Positions 9,083 to 18,071 of a DNA stretch of 64,000 nucleotides are shown piece by piece (position 1 is the first letter of the stretch; the number at the start of each line of letters is the position of its first letter). The translations under genes were made by a program, and so were the position numbers. This stretch comes from an uncultured Pseudomonadota bacterium. Lineage in GTDB: Bacteria; Pseudomonadota; Alphaproteobacteria; Acetobacterales; Acetobacteraceae. The notes below the pieces were generated by a model, which worked only from the letters and a program-made list of their open reading frames with translations, was not told the origin of the DNA and did not search any database. The stretch spans positions 364,949-428,948 of the forward strand of contig CAVTQY010000002.1 of NCBI GenBank assembly GCA_963736975.1, written 5' to 3'.

Positions 9083-9667
9083 CTATTCCCGGGCCGGAGG
9101 CTTGCCGAGTGCGCGCCCCTGCGGGGTGGCGCGCAGCAAAGCCTGTTCCGTAGTTGCCCGCCCTTCCGGTGGCGGATAGATCTGGGGCCGGTACCCGGCG
9201 GACAGCCATTTCACGCTCCACATCGCCCCGGCATAAGCGAGCGGCATGGCCCGCGCGTTCAGCACCGGCGCCGGCCAGCGGTCCACCGGAAGCACCATGC
9301 CGACCAATACATAGGCGACCACCACCAGCGCCGCACCCCGTGCAAGCCCGAAGAGCAGACCCAAGCTCCGGTCAAGCCCGCCCAGGGCCGAGCGCCGCAC
9401 TGCCTTGCCGATCGCGTGGCAGATGAACAGCAACACGACCAGAGTGGCGACGAAGATCACGCCGAACGCGACCGGCTGCGCCAGCCCGGGTTGGTTGGCG
9501 AGCCAGTGGTCGAAGGTCGGCAGCACGCGCGGATTGGCCCAGACCGCCACCACCACGGCGCCGATCCAGGCGCCGACCCCGAGCACCTCGCGCACGAAGC
9601 CGCGCATGAACGCCAGCAACCCGGAGATCGCGAGGATCGCCAGGATCACCAGATCAACCCAGGTCAT
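9083..9667 (-). CDS. cvpA: CvpA-family membrane protein (colicin V production protein)
   Basis: ORF 9083..9826, start at M54 (9667). MTWVDLVILAILAISGLLAFMRGFVREVLGVGAWIGA... is multi-TM and sits in the classical cvpA-purF arrangement. Confidence 0.85.
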   Translation of the reverse strand: MTWVDLVILAILAISGLLAFMRGFVREVLGVGAWIGAVVVAVWANPRVLPTFDHWLANQPGLAQPVAFGVIFVATLVVLLFICHAIGKAVRRSALGGLDRSLGLLFGLARGAALVVVAYVLVGMVLPVDRWPAPVLNARAMPLAYAGAMWSVKWLSAGYRPQIYPPPEGRATTEQALLRATPQGRALGKPPARE

Positions 9668-9786
9668 CAACTCGCCGCGGCACGATGCATGGGGTTTATC
9701 GGAGGGAGGGGTGCGGGCCAATCCCCATTCGGGACATAGGCTATACCGCCCGGGCAGTGCTTTCCCTATTACCTTCGGAGGTTGCA

Positions 9787-10395
9787 ATGCCGGAACCCGA
9801 ACGCATCGATCGGCATCGCACGGCACTCATCGCGTACGACGTCTGTCGGCGTGCGCTGACGCCGTCGGATCCCGCTCGAAGATCTGCAATGCGCCCGCTG
9901 CTCGATGCGTGGGTGCGGATGATCGCGCTCGCACGGGCGGCTGGTGTGCCGGTGATCTACACGACGCCGGTCAGCCGCGCCGATGGCGCCGATGTCGTCA
10001 TGCTGCCGACCGATCTATCGGCGGAGACCGGTGTGCCGCCGCTGACGAACGCGATCGAGGGGACCGCCGAGGCCGGTTTCCCCGAGGAGATTGCGCCTCG
10101 GGTTGAGGATTACGTCTTTCTCAAGCGTCGGCCGAGTGCCTTCTATGGGACGGGCGTTGCCGAGCTACTGCAAATGCTGCGGCGCAACACCCTTATCATC
10201 GGCGGTGGCGCCACCAACCGTGGCGTCGAGACGAGTGTCCGCGAGGCTTTCAATCTCGACGTTGCGTGTGTCGTCGTGCGCGAGTGCTGCTGGGGCAGTG
10301 ACGCGGACGCTCATGCGTATAGTCTGGACAAGGCGATGAAGATGTACGCTCGCATCCGGCGGCTGGAGCAAGTCGCGGAGATGCTGGGGGAGTGA
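9787..10395 (+). CDS. Isochorismatase-family cysteine hydrolase
   Basis: ORF 9685..10395, ATG 9787 preceded by GGAGG. ...RTALIAYDVCRR..., VFLKRRPSAFYGTGVAELLQMLRRNTLIIGGGATNRGVETSVREAFNLDVACVVVRECC. Confidence 0.85.
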   Translation: MPEPERIDRHRTALIAYDVCRRALTPSDPARRSAMRPLLDAWVRMIALARAAGVPVIYTTPVSRADGADVVMLPTDLSAETGVPPLTNAIEGTAEAGFPEEIAPRVEDYVFLKRRPSAFYGTGVAELLQMLRRNTLIIGGGATNRGVETSVREAFNLDVACVVVRECCWGSDADAHAYSLDKAMKMYARIRRLEQVAEMLGE

Positions 10396-10566
10396 GATGG
10401 CTGCTGGCCGAGGGCGGCAGTGCGGCGACAAACAGCGGCGGCCCGCGCCCATCATGGGGCGGCATAGGGTTAAGCAGTGGCCCTGCTCCTGATCCGATCC
10501 TGATTAACGACGTCTCAGCACGCGTGTGCTTCCCCTGGGGCGGCATCCCGAAGCGGAACCGCGCCA

Positions 10567-10828
10567 ATGCCGACGTTGAGCACGTTCTATGGTATCGGTG
10601 ATTCAGATGTTCTGGCAGGAACATCCGCCGCCGCACTTCCACGCCTTGTACGCGGAGCACGAGGCATTGATTGACATTCAGACGCTTGACGTCATCGAGG
10701 GAAGCCTGCCCCGCCGTACGCTTACTCTTGTGCGTGAGTGGGCGCGCGTACATCGTGCTGAACTGATGGAGGACTGGAATCTATGCCGGCAGAGGCAGCC
10801 GCCCAAGACGATCGAGCCGCTTCGGTAA
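10567..10828 (+). pseudogene. DUF4160-family gene interrupted by a +1 frameshift near nt 10597
   Basis: ATG 10567 encodes MPTLSTFYGI. After one extra G (~10597) the ORF-track frame (10589..10828) continues VIQMFWQEHPPPHFHALYAEHEALIDIQT... Joined, the sequence matches the canonical DUF4160 N-terminus (MPT.S.FYGI.I.M...EH.PPHFHA.Y.E). Confidence 0.6.
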
Positions 10829-11115
10829 CACCAACCATACGTCCGACTGCTCCGTGGCGGGTGCAGGAGGTGAAGGCGCTACCAGACGACCGCCTGTTCG
10901 TGCGGTTCATCGATGGGCTCAGGGGCATTGTCGATCTTTCCGCGCTCATTGCGTCGCCGAACGCGGGGGTATTCGCGCGCCTGCAGGACCGGAGCTTGTT
11001 CGAGCAGGTTCGGGTAGAAATGGGGGCCGTCGTCTGGCCCGGCGACCTGGATCTTGCCCCCGACGCGATGCACGCCGCGATCAAGAAACACGGGGAGTGG
11101 AGGATTGCTCCCTAG
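10783..11115 (+). CDS. DUF2442-family protein
   Basis: 110 aa. ...WRVQEVKALPDDRLFVRFIDGLRGIVDLSALI...GAVVWPGDLDLAPDAMH is the DUF2442 pattern. GGAGGA lies 9 nt upstream of the ATG. The gene overlaps the DUF4160 3' end by 46 nt. Confidence 0.65.
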   Translation: MPAEAAAQDDRAASVTPTIRPTAPWRVQEVKALPDDRLFVRFIDGLRGIVDLSALIASPNAGVFARLQDRSLFEQVRVEMGAVVWPGDLDLAPDAMHAAIKKHGEWRIAP

Positions 11116-11147
11116 TTAGCCGAGGTTGCGGCGCGGCCCCGTCATCT

Positions 11148-11350
11148 GGCAGCGCCGCCACCTATAGCGGTGTCGAGACGAGCGTGTGCGAGGCGTGCAA
11201 TCTCGACATTGCGTCTGTCGCCGTGAGCGATTTATGTTGCAGAGGCCACACGAACTACACCTACGGCCCCGACGAGGCGATGAAGACGCACGCGCGCATC
11301 CGGCGCCTGGACCAGGCCGCGGCGTGCTGGGGGAATGAGGGTGCTGCTGA
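11148..11350 (+). pseudogene. Diverged duplicate of the 3' end of the isochorismatase-family gene
   Basis: Nucleotides align by eye with 10201-10410. The translation ...GVETSVCEACNLDIASVAVSDLCC...DEAMKTHARIRRLDQAA compares with GVETSVREAFNLDVACVVVRECCW...DKAMKMYARIRRLEQVA. There is no upstream coding part. Confidence 0.7.
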
Positions 11351-11635
11351 TTGGTACAACGACTCGAGCCGCCAAGGTCGACCCCAAACGGTTCAATGCG
11401 CGCCGTCGGTTTTCGACCGTCCCCACCGTGATACACCATCAGCTCCGCCCGCGGTGCCAACGCGGCCATATCCGACCAGGACCATCGACATCGAAACTGT
11501 TGGACATTTGGGGATATCGGCCGAAAAATGTCGGTGCGTGCGGCCGCCGCGCGGCAATCAGCGGCCGCGCTTGACGGGCGCCGCGAATGTCGGCCCTGCC
11601 CGGCCGGCTGCTTCGAGAACGGCGCAGGAGGCGAT

Positions 11636-13290
11636 ATGGATTATCCTTACGACCTCGGCCCTTATTCCCGGACGGTGACCACGGCCTCGGCGGACGCCCA
11701 GCGCTGGTTCGACCGCGGCCTCAACTGGTGCTTCGGTTACCACCATGAGGAGGCGATCGCCTGCTTCCAGAAGGCGCTTGAGGCCGACCCGAACTGCGCC
11801 ATGGCGCACTGGGGCATCGGCTACGCGGCCGGGCCGAACTACAACTTCCCCTGGGAACTGATGGACCCCGCGGGTAAGGCGGTGGCACTCGCGCGCGCCC
11901 ACTCTGCCGCCTGCGCAGCCCTCGCGCTGGCCGGAGGTGCCACCGCGCCGGAACGGGCGCTGATCGGGGCGTTGACCACCCGCTATCCACAGCGCGACCC
12001 CATCGAAGACCAGTCGCCCTGGAACGACGCCTTCGCCGATGCCATGCGCCACGCACACCAAGCGTATCCAGACGACCTCGACTTACGCGCCATATTTGTT
12101 GAAGCGATCCTCAATCGTACGCCCTGGCTCATGTGGGACCTGCGTACCGGCGAGCCCGCGCCCGGCGCCGGCACGCTGGAAGCGCGCGAGGTGCTCGAGT
12201 GCGCCTTCCGCGATCTGCCCGGGGCGATGGACCACCCCGGTCTTCTGCACCTGCATGTGCACCTGATGGAAATGTCACCGCATCCGGAGGTTGCGTTGGT
12301 AACGGGTGACCGACTGCGCGAGATGAGCCCGGACATGGGCCACCTGGTTCACATGCCCACGCACATCGACATTCAGTGCGGCTACTATCGCGACGCGATG
12401 CACTGGAATCATAAAGCGATCGTTGCGGACCGCAAGTTCTATGACCTCGCCGGGCCGATGAATTTCTATTCGGGTACCGGATACATAATTACCATTTCGC
12501 CGCTTACGGGGCTATGTTCCTCGGCCAGTACGCGCCGGCGATCGCGGCCGTTGACGAGCTGATCGCGACCATGCCGGAAGCGTTTCTGCGCATTCCTTCA
12601 CCGCCCATGGCGGATTTTTTCGAAGGATACGTTTCCATCAGGCAGCACGTGCTGGTGCGCTTCGGCAAATGGCGCGAGATCATCGCGCAGGAGTTGCCGG
12701 CCGATCGCGAGCTGTTTTGCAACACCGTGGCGATGATGCACTACGCCAAGGGCGTCGCCCACGCCGCGCTGGGGGAGGTGCAAGCAGCGGAGGCGGAACA
12801 GGCGCTGTTCAGGGACGCCGCGAAACGCGTCCCGAAGTCGCGGCAAATCCACAACGTGTCCTGCGTGCAGCTTCTGGCTGTGGCCGAGGAGATGCTGGCG
12901 GGCGAGATCGCGTATCGGCGAGGCGAGCACGATGCGGCGTTCGCGCGTCTCCGCGCTGCCGTTTCGCTGGAGGATGATCTGCCGTACGACGAGCCGTGGG
13001 GGTGGATGCAGCCGGTCCGCCACGCGCTGGGTGCGCTGCTGCTGGAGCAGGGCCGCCCGGCGGAAGCCGAGGTGGTGTATCGCGAGGATCTTGGGCTTGG
13101 GGGCGCGTTGCCTCGGGCGCAGATCCACCCCGACAATCTGTGGGCTCTGCGCGGGCTGCTCGATTGCCTCGAGCGGCGGGGCGAGACGGCGGAGGCCGCA
13201 CTTATTCGCCAGCGGGTGAAGTTCGCGGCGGCGCGTGCAGATTTGCCGGTATGGGTGTCCTGTTTCTGTGCCGGCGGCATGGCGGCCTGA
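11636..13290 (+). pseudogene. TPR-like helical-repeat protein gene split by a -1 frameshift at ~12472-12475
   Basis: ORFs 11528..12562 (ATG 11636, GGAGG upstream) and 12514..13290 are two halves of one protein. The frame changes inside TCGGGTAC. Reading ...PMNFYS then, in the second frame, YRIHNYHFAAYGAMFLGQYAPAIAAVDE restores a continuous sequence. Confidence 0.65.
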
Positions 13291-13305
13291 GTTCGAGCCG
13301 GATTT

Positions 13306-13644
13306 TCAGATCGTAATGAAGCTCTCGAGCTTGGCGCGAACCTGCCGGGCCACTTCCGGGCTCACCGAACTACCAGCATAACGGATCGGCCTTGCCATTG
13401 TTCGATGCTGCGCACATGGCTGGTCAGAATTTCTCCCACGACCGGCAATCCGGGCGGCAGGACGACGCTGGTCGGAAATGGCCGTATGCGGGACGTAATC
13501 GGACACACCACCGAAAGCCCTGTATTCGCGCTGAACGCCGCGTCGGAGATGACCAGCGCTGGCCGTCGTCCGGCTTGCTCGCGTCCCTTCGTGGGGTCGA
13601 AATCGGTCCAGATCAGGTCCCCCGCCCGCTGGCATATAGCTCAT
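13306..13644 (-). pseudogene. mazF: MazF/PemK-type toxin gene whose core is out of frame (two opposite single-base indels)
   Basis: ATG 13644 overlaps the mazE stop (ATGA). Frame A encodes MSYMPAGG and the C-terminus ARPIRYAGSSVSPEVARQVRAKLESFITI. The canonical core DLIWTDFDPTKGREQAGRRPALVISDAAFSANTGLSVVCPITSRIRPFPTSVVLPPGLPVVGEILTSHVRSIEQW is readable only in another frame, between the C5 run at 13619-13623 and ~13392-13395. Confidence 0.7.
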
Positions 13645-13898
13645 TCGGGAACAATCTCGCGGCCAATATCCGGTCCCCAGTCGTAGGCTCCGGCATATTC
13701 GGCTCGCCAATCTTCGGGCGACTTACCGCGAAACAGCTCCGCGAGCGATATTCGCCTCTCGCTCGGGCGAATGACGACTGCCCCATCCCGCGCCTCGATA
13801 TCGACCCGTTCGCCATCGCGAAGCCTGACTGCATCGGCGATCTCCGCCGGCAGGCGCACCGCCAGGTTATTGCCCCATCTGCCGACCGTAACCTGCAT
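13641..13898 (-). CDS. mazE: AbrB/SpoVT-fold MazE-type antitoxin
   Basis: ORF 13641..13982, start at M29 (13898, GGAG upstream). MQVTVGRWGNNLAVRLPAEIADAVRLRDGERVDIEARDGAVVIRP. Confidence 0.75.
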   Translation of the reverse strand: MQVTVGRWGNNLAVRLPAEIADAVRLRDGERVDIEARDGAVVIRPSERRISLAELFRGKSPEDWRAEYAGAYDWGPDIGREIVPE

Positions 13899-13976
13899 CG
13901 AGCGCTCCAATGGATGGTCTGAGAATATCTGTGGCGCGGACGGCAACAGGCAAGGCCTACCCACCGGCACCCGCTT

Positions 13977-14191
13977 CCTCAAAACCCCCGCACCTGCTCA
14001 ATCGTCCGCGCCTTCAGCTCTGGCGGCTCCTTCCACGGAAACACCGTTACCTCCGCCCGCGGCGCCAATGCCGCCACATCGGTCGATGCCTGCAACGGAT
14101 GCGCTGGCGTATCGTCCGGCATTACCAGCACCGGCGTCTGGCAACCCCGCACGAACTCCCGCGACACGCCGCGGGGATTGATTGCACACAC
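13977..14191 (-). pseudogene. Diverged duplicate of the 3' end of the alpha/beta-hydrolase gene at 18456..19217
   Basis: ORF 13979..14191 translation matches 51 of 62 hand-aligned residues of the C-terminus of the intact hydrolase (VSREF.R.C.TP.LVMPDDTPAHPLQAS.DVAALAPRAEVT..PW..PPELKA.TIEQVR.F). Nucleotides 13977-14172 align with 18488-18683. Confidence 0.8.
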
Positions 14192-14276
14192 GAGCCGAGC
14201 GCCCGAAGCGCCACAGGATTATCTCGCAGGCATTGCGATCTGGTGTAGGATGCGCCGATCGGGGGGATAGAACTGC

Positions 14277-17200
14277 ATGGTTCAGTCCACGCTGCATCTC
14301 GAAGTTGCAGAGTTCCGCGATGCCGATCATTGGCGCTTTGTGCTGAAGGAGGCCGGCGGGGCGTTCCTGGCCGACCACGTCGCCGCGCTCGATCGGGCCG
14401 ATGCCCACTATGCCGCGCTAGTCGATCTGCCGGGCTATCTGCGCATGCATAGCGCACCGGATACCCGTGCGGCTGATGAGCAGCGGCTACTTGTTGAGGT
14501 AGGTAGTTGGATCGGCAAGCAAGTGTTGGGCCGGAGCCTTGCGGAGAAGCTGCTGTCGCGGGTGCCGCCGTCGGTGGTGGTGCGCGTGCTGGTCCCGCCG
14601 ACGGCAGAGCGGCTGCTCGCGTTGCCGCTCGAGATCGCACGGCTGGACGGCGGCGAGCCCCTGTCGGTGCAGGGCGTCAGCTTCGTGTTCGAGACGACCG
14701 GCACGGCGCCGCCACGAGCGGAGCCAGTCGGCGAGCGGCTGCGCATCCTGGCACTATTCAGCCTGCCGCCGGTCGGCAGCCCGCTGAATCTCCGCCGCGA
14801 GCGGCAGATGCTGCGTAATCTGGTACGCCGCTTGGCCGGCGCGGCCGGTCTTGGGGTGGAGTTGCACGTCCTGCAATACGGCGTGACGCGGAAGAGCCTG
14901 CAGGAGGTGCTGGAGCAGGGCGAGGGCTGGGACGTCATCCATTTCTCCGGCCATGGCCAGCCGGGCGCGCTGCTGCTGGAGCGCTCCGATGGCAAGCCGG
15001 ACGAGGTCTCCTCGATCGATCTCGCAAAGCTGCTCCGACAGGCGGGCGGACGGGTGAAACTGGTGACCTTGTCGGCCTGCCTGTCGGCAGCGGCCAGCGT
15101 CGCGCAGACGCTGTCCTGGCTTGGCTTCTCGGAGGGAGAGGCGGCGAAGCGCGACGCCTCGCCGGCTGTAACCACGGAAAAGCAGGACACCAAGGCGGCG
15201 CCGACGGTCGCGCGGGCGCTGACCGAAACGCTCGATTGCGCGGTACTGGCGATGCGCTACGCGGTCGAGGACGAGTTCGCGATGAACCTGGCGCGGGAAC
15301 TCTACGACCGGCTGTTCCGCCAGAAGCAGCCATTGCCGCAGGCGACAAGGCTGGCGCTTGCCAGTGTCGCTGGGGGCGAACGAGGAATCCCCGCCGTGGG
15401 TGCGCTCTCCGCCGCGGCGCCGGCGCTGTTCGGTCCACGTTCTGCGGACCTGATGCTCGTCCCGCCCAAGGGCACGGGGATCGACGCGGATACGTCGCTC
15501 GCTTTCGTGCCGAAGCTGCCGGAGCACTTTGTCGGCCGGGTGTCGGCGATGACGCGCGCGAGCGCGGCGCTCGCCACCGAGAGCAGCCGGAGCGGCGTTC
15601 TGTTCCACGGCATGGCGGGCGCCGGAAAGACCAGCTGTGCGGTCGAGCTCGTTTATCACCACGCCGCCGTTGGCCGGTTCCAGCGCTTTGTCTGGTTCTC
15701 GGCGCCGGAGCAGGGCAAGGACATCGCCCTGGCGCTGCGTGACTTCACACTGGCGCTGGAACGCCAGATCCCCGACCTGGCCATGCTGCAGGTCATCGAC
15801 CGCACCGACGCGTTGCGCGACTGGCTGCCACGGCTGGCTGAGGTGCTGGAGAACAACGCGCTCCTGATCGTGCTGGACAACCTGGAGAGCCTGCTGACCG
15901 AGGCGGGGGTATGGCGGGACGAGCGCTGGGGGTTGCTCGTCGAGGCCCTGCTGACCGCGGGCGGGCTGTCGCGCACGGTGCTGACCAGCCGCACCCGCCC
16001 TGCCGCGCTGCCGGAGTCGACCGAGGTAATCGCGGTGCACGCACTGCCGCGCGACGAGGCGCTGCTGTTGGTGCGCGAGCTGCGCAACCTGCGCCGGTTG
16101 CTCGACGGTGCGAAAGAGACCGGCGTGAGCCAGGAGGCGGGCCGGCAACTGGTGCGCCGGGTGCTGCGCCTGGTGCAAGGCCATCCCAAGCTGATCGAGC
16201 TGGCCGAGGCGCTGGCCGCGGCGCCGGCAAAACTGGCCGCGCAGCTCGACGAAGCCGACAAGGCGCAGACCGCGGGTGCCGGCGAACTCGACGCCTTCTT
16301 CGCCCAAGGCGAGACGCGACTCGGTCCGGCGGAATTTGTGGAGAGCCTGCATGGCTGGACCCGCGGCATCGCCGGCGCACTACCGGAGGCTGCACGCACC
16401 GGCTTCCATTTCCTTTGCGCCCTGGAGGAGGGTGACCGGCAGGGTTGGATCATCGCGGCCAACTGGTCGGACGTGTGGCAGCGCCTTGGCCGCCCGGCGC
16501 CGGCGCCGGATTTTCAAGCGGTGCTCGCCCCGCTCGTCGCGGCAGGGCTGGTCGACAAACAGGCGACCGCCGACCAGGCGGACGAGTTCGAAGTGCTGAT
16601 CCATCCTGGCATCGCCGAGGCCGGCCGCGCCGAGGCTGGCGCGGACCTGCAGGCCGCCGTCGATCACGAGCTCGCCGCGACGTGGAACACGCTGTTTCGG
16701 AACGCTTGGAAGGCGGAGGGCCGTGAGGCCTGGGCCGGCCCAATGATGGTGCGCGCCGGGCTGCACGGCTTCCCGTACTTCGCCCGCCTTGGGCACTGGG
16801 AGTTGGCTGCGGGAATGATGGACAGGGCCGTGCATCTGGACACATCGCCCGGTACGATCGCCGCAGTGCTGCCGCTGCTACAAAAGGTGGTCTCTGCCGC
16901 GACGGGCACCGAGCGGCAGAATGCGGAAAACCGCGGCATCCTCGCCAAGGTTCTCGAACTGGCCGGCCGGACCGGCGAGGCGGAAGGCCTGCTCCGCGAC
17001 CTCATCGCGCAAACTGCCGAGCGGGGTGAGTTTGGGGCCGCCTCTGTAAATTCAGGCACTTTGGCCAAACTGCTCCGGCGCACCGGTCGGGCGCGCGAAG
17101 CCTTACAAGTAATCGAGCGGCAGGCCGAATACACCAAGCAGGCAGGCTACGGGGCATGGACACAGTTAGCCGACGAGGTTCGGCGTCTGCAGATCCGCGT

Positions 17201-18071
17201 CGAGCTTGGCGAACATAGCGATGTGCTCGCGCGCGTGCTGGAGCTGCGCGGGCAGATGCACCAGTTGCCCGATCCGCCCGAGGCGAACGACCGGTCGGTG
17301 ACCACGTGGAATGTGCGTGAGACAATGTTGGATGTCGGGCGCAACGCTGCGGTGGAATCAGGTGAATGGCAGCCAGCCCTTGATCTCAACGCTGAGATTT
17401 TGCAGAGCAGCGTCAACCGCGGCGCCGGGGCTTTTGAACTTGCGCGTGGCCGGTTCAACGATTACGGGCCGCTACTGCGGCTGCAACGTTATGGTGAGGC
17501 CCGCAGCCTTTTGCAGCACTGCCGGGACGTGTTCGAGCAGGAGAACGCCGTGGCGGAGCTCGGGGCGGTGTTCTCTGGCCTTGCGGATCTAGAGGACGAG
17601 CTCGGCCGTAAAGAAGCGGCGGGGCGTTTCGAGCAAACGGCAATTCGCTACGAATATGCTGCGGGAAACCCCAGCAGTATCGCTATCAGCCACTTCAATC
17701 TCGCCAAATACCTGACCAAGGCGGATGGCGATTGGCGCGGCGCGCTCGGACATCGGCTGGCCGCGGCAATGATCAGATGCATCACCGGATCGGCGGGATT
17801 GGAGCAGGCGATCACGGCACTCGCCAGGGATCTTCGCAACGCCGGCGGCCAGGCGAGCGCGGCTCTGCCCGGCGATTTGGCCGCGCTGTATGCGGACGTG
17901 CAGCAAGTCGAAGGCGTGCGCTTCCACGAGTTGATGCAGCGACTGCAGCCGGACGAGGCGGCACTGGAACAGCTCCTGCAAGACATTATCGCCGGTGCGA
18001 AGAAACGGGCCGACGCAAATGACGGTGCATCGCCTGATCGCGGGCCACAGCAGGGGGAGGGGTCACAATGA
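14277..18071 (+). CDS. CHAT (caspase-like) protease - STAND P-loop NTPase - TPR-like repeat protein, 1264 aa
   Basis: The CHAT dyad context is WDVIHFSGHG (His226, nt 14952-14954) and KLVTLSACLS (Cys268, nt 15078-15080). Walker A is VLFHGMAGAGKTS (nt 15609-15632) and Walker B-like is NALLIVLDNLESLL (Asp534). The C-terminal ~450 aa are helical repeats. It is a single uninterrupted ORF with coding-like G/C third positions. Confidence 0.85.
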   Translation: MVQSTLHLEVAEFRDADHWRFVLKEAGGAFLADHVAALDRADAHYAALVDLPGYLRMHSAPDTRAADEQRLLVEVGSWIGKQVLGRSLAEKLLSRVPPSVVVRVLVPPTAERLLALPLEIARLDGGEPLSVQGVSFVFETTGTAPPRAEPVGERLRILALFSLPPVGSPLNLRRERQMLRNLVRRLAGAAGLGVELHVLQYGVTRKSLQEVLEQGEGWDVIHFSGHGQPGALLLERSDGKPDEVSSIDLAKLLRQAGGRVKLVTLSACLSAAASVAQTLSWLGFSEGEAAKRDASPAVTTEKQDTKAAPTVARALTETLDCAVLAMRYAVEDEFAMNLARELYDRLFRQKQPLPQATRLALASVAGGERGIPAVGALSAAAPALFGPRSADLMLVPPKGTGIDADTSLAFVPKLPEHFVGRVSAMTRASAALATESSRSGVLFHGMAGAGKTSCAVELVYHHAAVGRFQRFVWFSAPEQGKDIALALRDFTLALERQIPDLAMLQVIDRTDALRDWLPRLAEVLENNALLIVLDNLESLLTEAGVWRDERWGLLVEALLTAGGLSRTVLTSRTRPAALPESTEVIAVHALPRDEALLLVRELRNLRRLLDGAKETGVSQEAGRQLVRRVLRLVQGHPKLIELAEALAAAPAKLAAQLDEADKAQTAGAGELDAFFAQGETRLGPAEFVESLHGWTRGIAGALPEAARTGFHFLCALEEGDRQGWIIAANWSDVWQRLGRPAPAPDFQAVLAPLVAAGLVDKQATADQADEFEVLIHPGIAEAGRAEAGADLQAAVDHELAATWNTLFRNAWKAEGREAWAGPMMVRAGLHGFPYFARLGHWELAAGMMDRAVHLDTSPGTIAAVLPLLQKVVSAATGTERQNAENRGILAKVLELAGRTGEAEGLLRDLIAQTAERGEFGAASVNSGTLAKLLRRTGRAREALQVIERQAEYTKQAGYGAWTQLADEVRRLQIRVELGEHSDVLARVLELRGQMHQLPDPPEANDRSVTTWNVRETMLDVGRNAAVESGEWQPALDLNAEILQSSVNRGAGAFELARGRFNDYGPLLRLQRYGEARSLLQHCRDVFEQENAVAELGAVFSGLADLEDELGRKEAAGRFEQTAIRYEYAAGNPSSIAISHFNLAKYLTKADGDWRGALGHRLAAAMIRCITGSAGLEQAITALARDLRNAGGQASAALPGDLAALYADVQQVEGVRFHELMQRLQPDEAALEQLLQDIIAGAKKRADANDGASPDRGPQQGEGSQ

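Noticed and set aside
10854-11678. 274-aa ORF spanning the DUF2442 region, the isochorismatase fragment and the TPR gene leader.
   Set aside because: It is a chimeric read-through frame. Only its middle part has meaning, as the displaced isochorismatase 3' fragment, and the rest is R/G/A-rich shadow sequence.
10597-13623. Frame breaks in the DUF4160, TPR and mazF genes considered as programmed ribosomal frameshift sites.
   Set aside because: There is no slippery heptamer or downstream stimulatory structure at the sites. The breaks have mixed sign, and the ones whose context could be inferred sit at simple G/C runs. Mutation or sequencing indels are the simpler explanation.
14754-16352. 532-aa ORF on the minus strand inside the CHAT-STAND gene. 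Similar long antisense ORFs lie at 24043-25278, 25543-26721, 29123-30154, 33998-35104, 42212-43342 and 57770-59023.
   Set aside because: They are Arg/Ala/Gly/Pro-rich, low-complexity translations lying exactly antisense to genes with clear family signatures. These are typical stop-codon-poor shadow frames of high-GC DNA, with no recognisable motifs.
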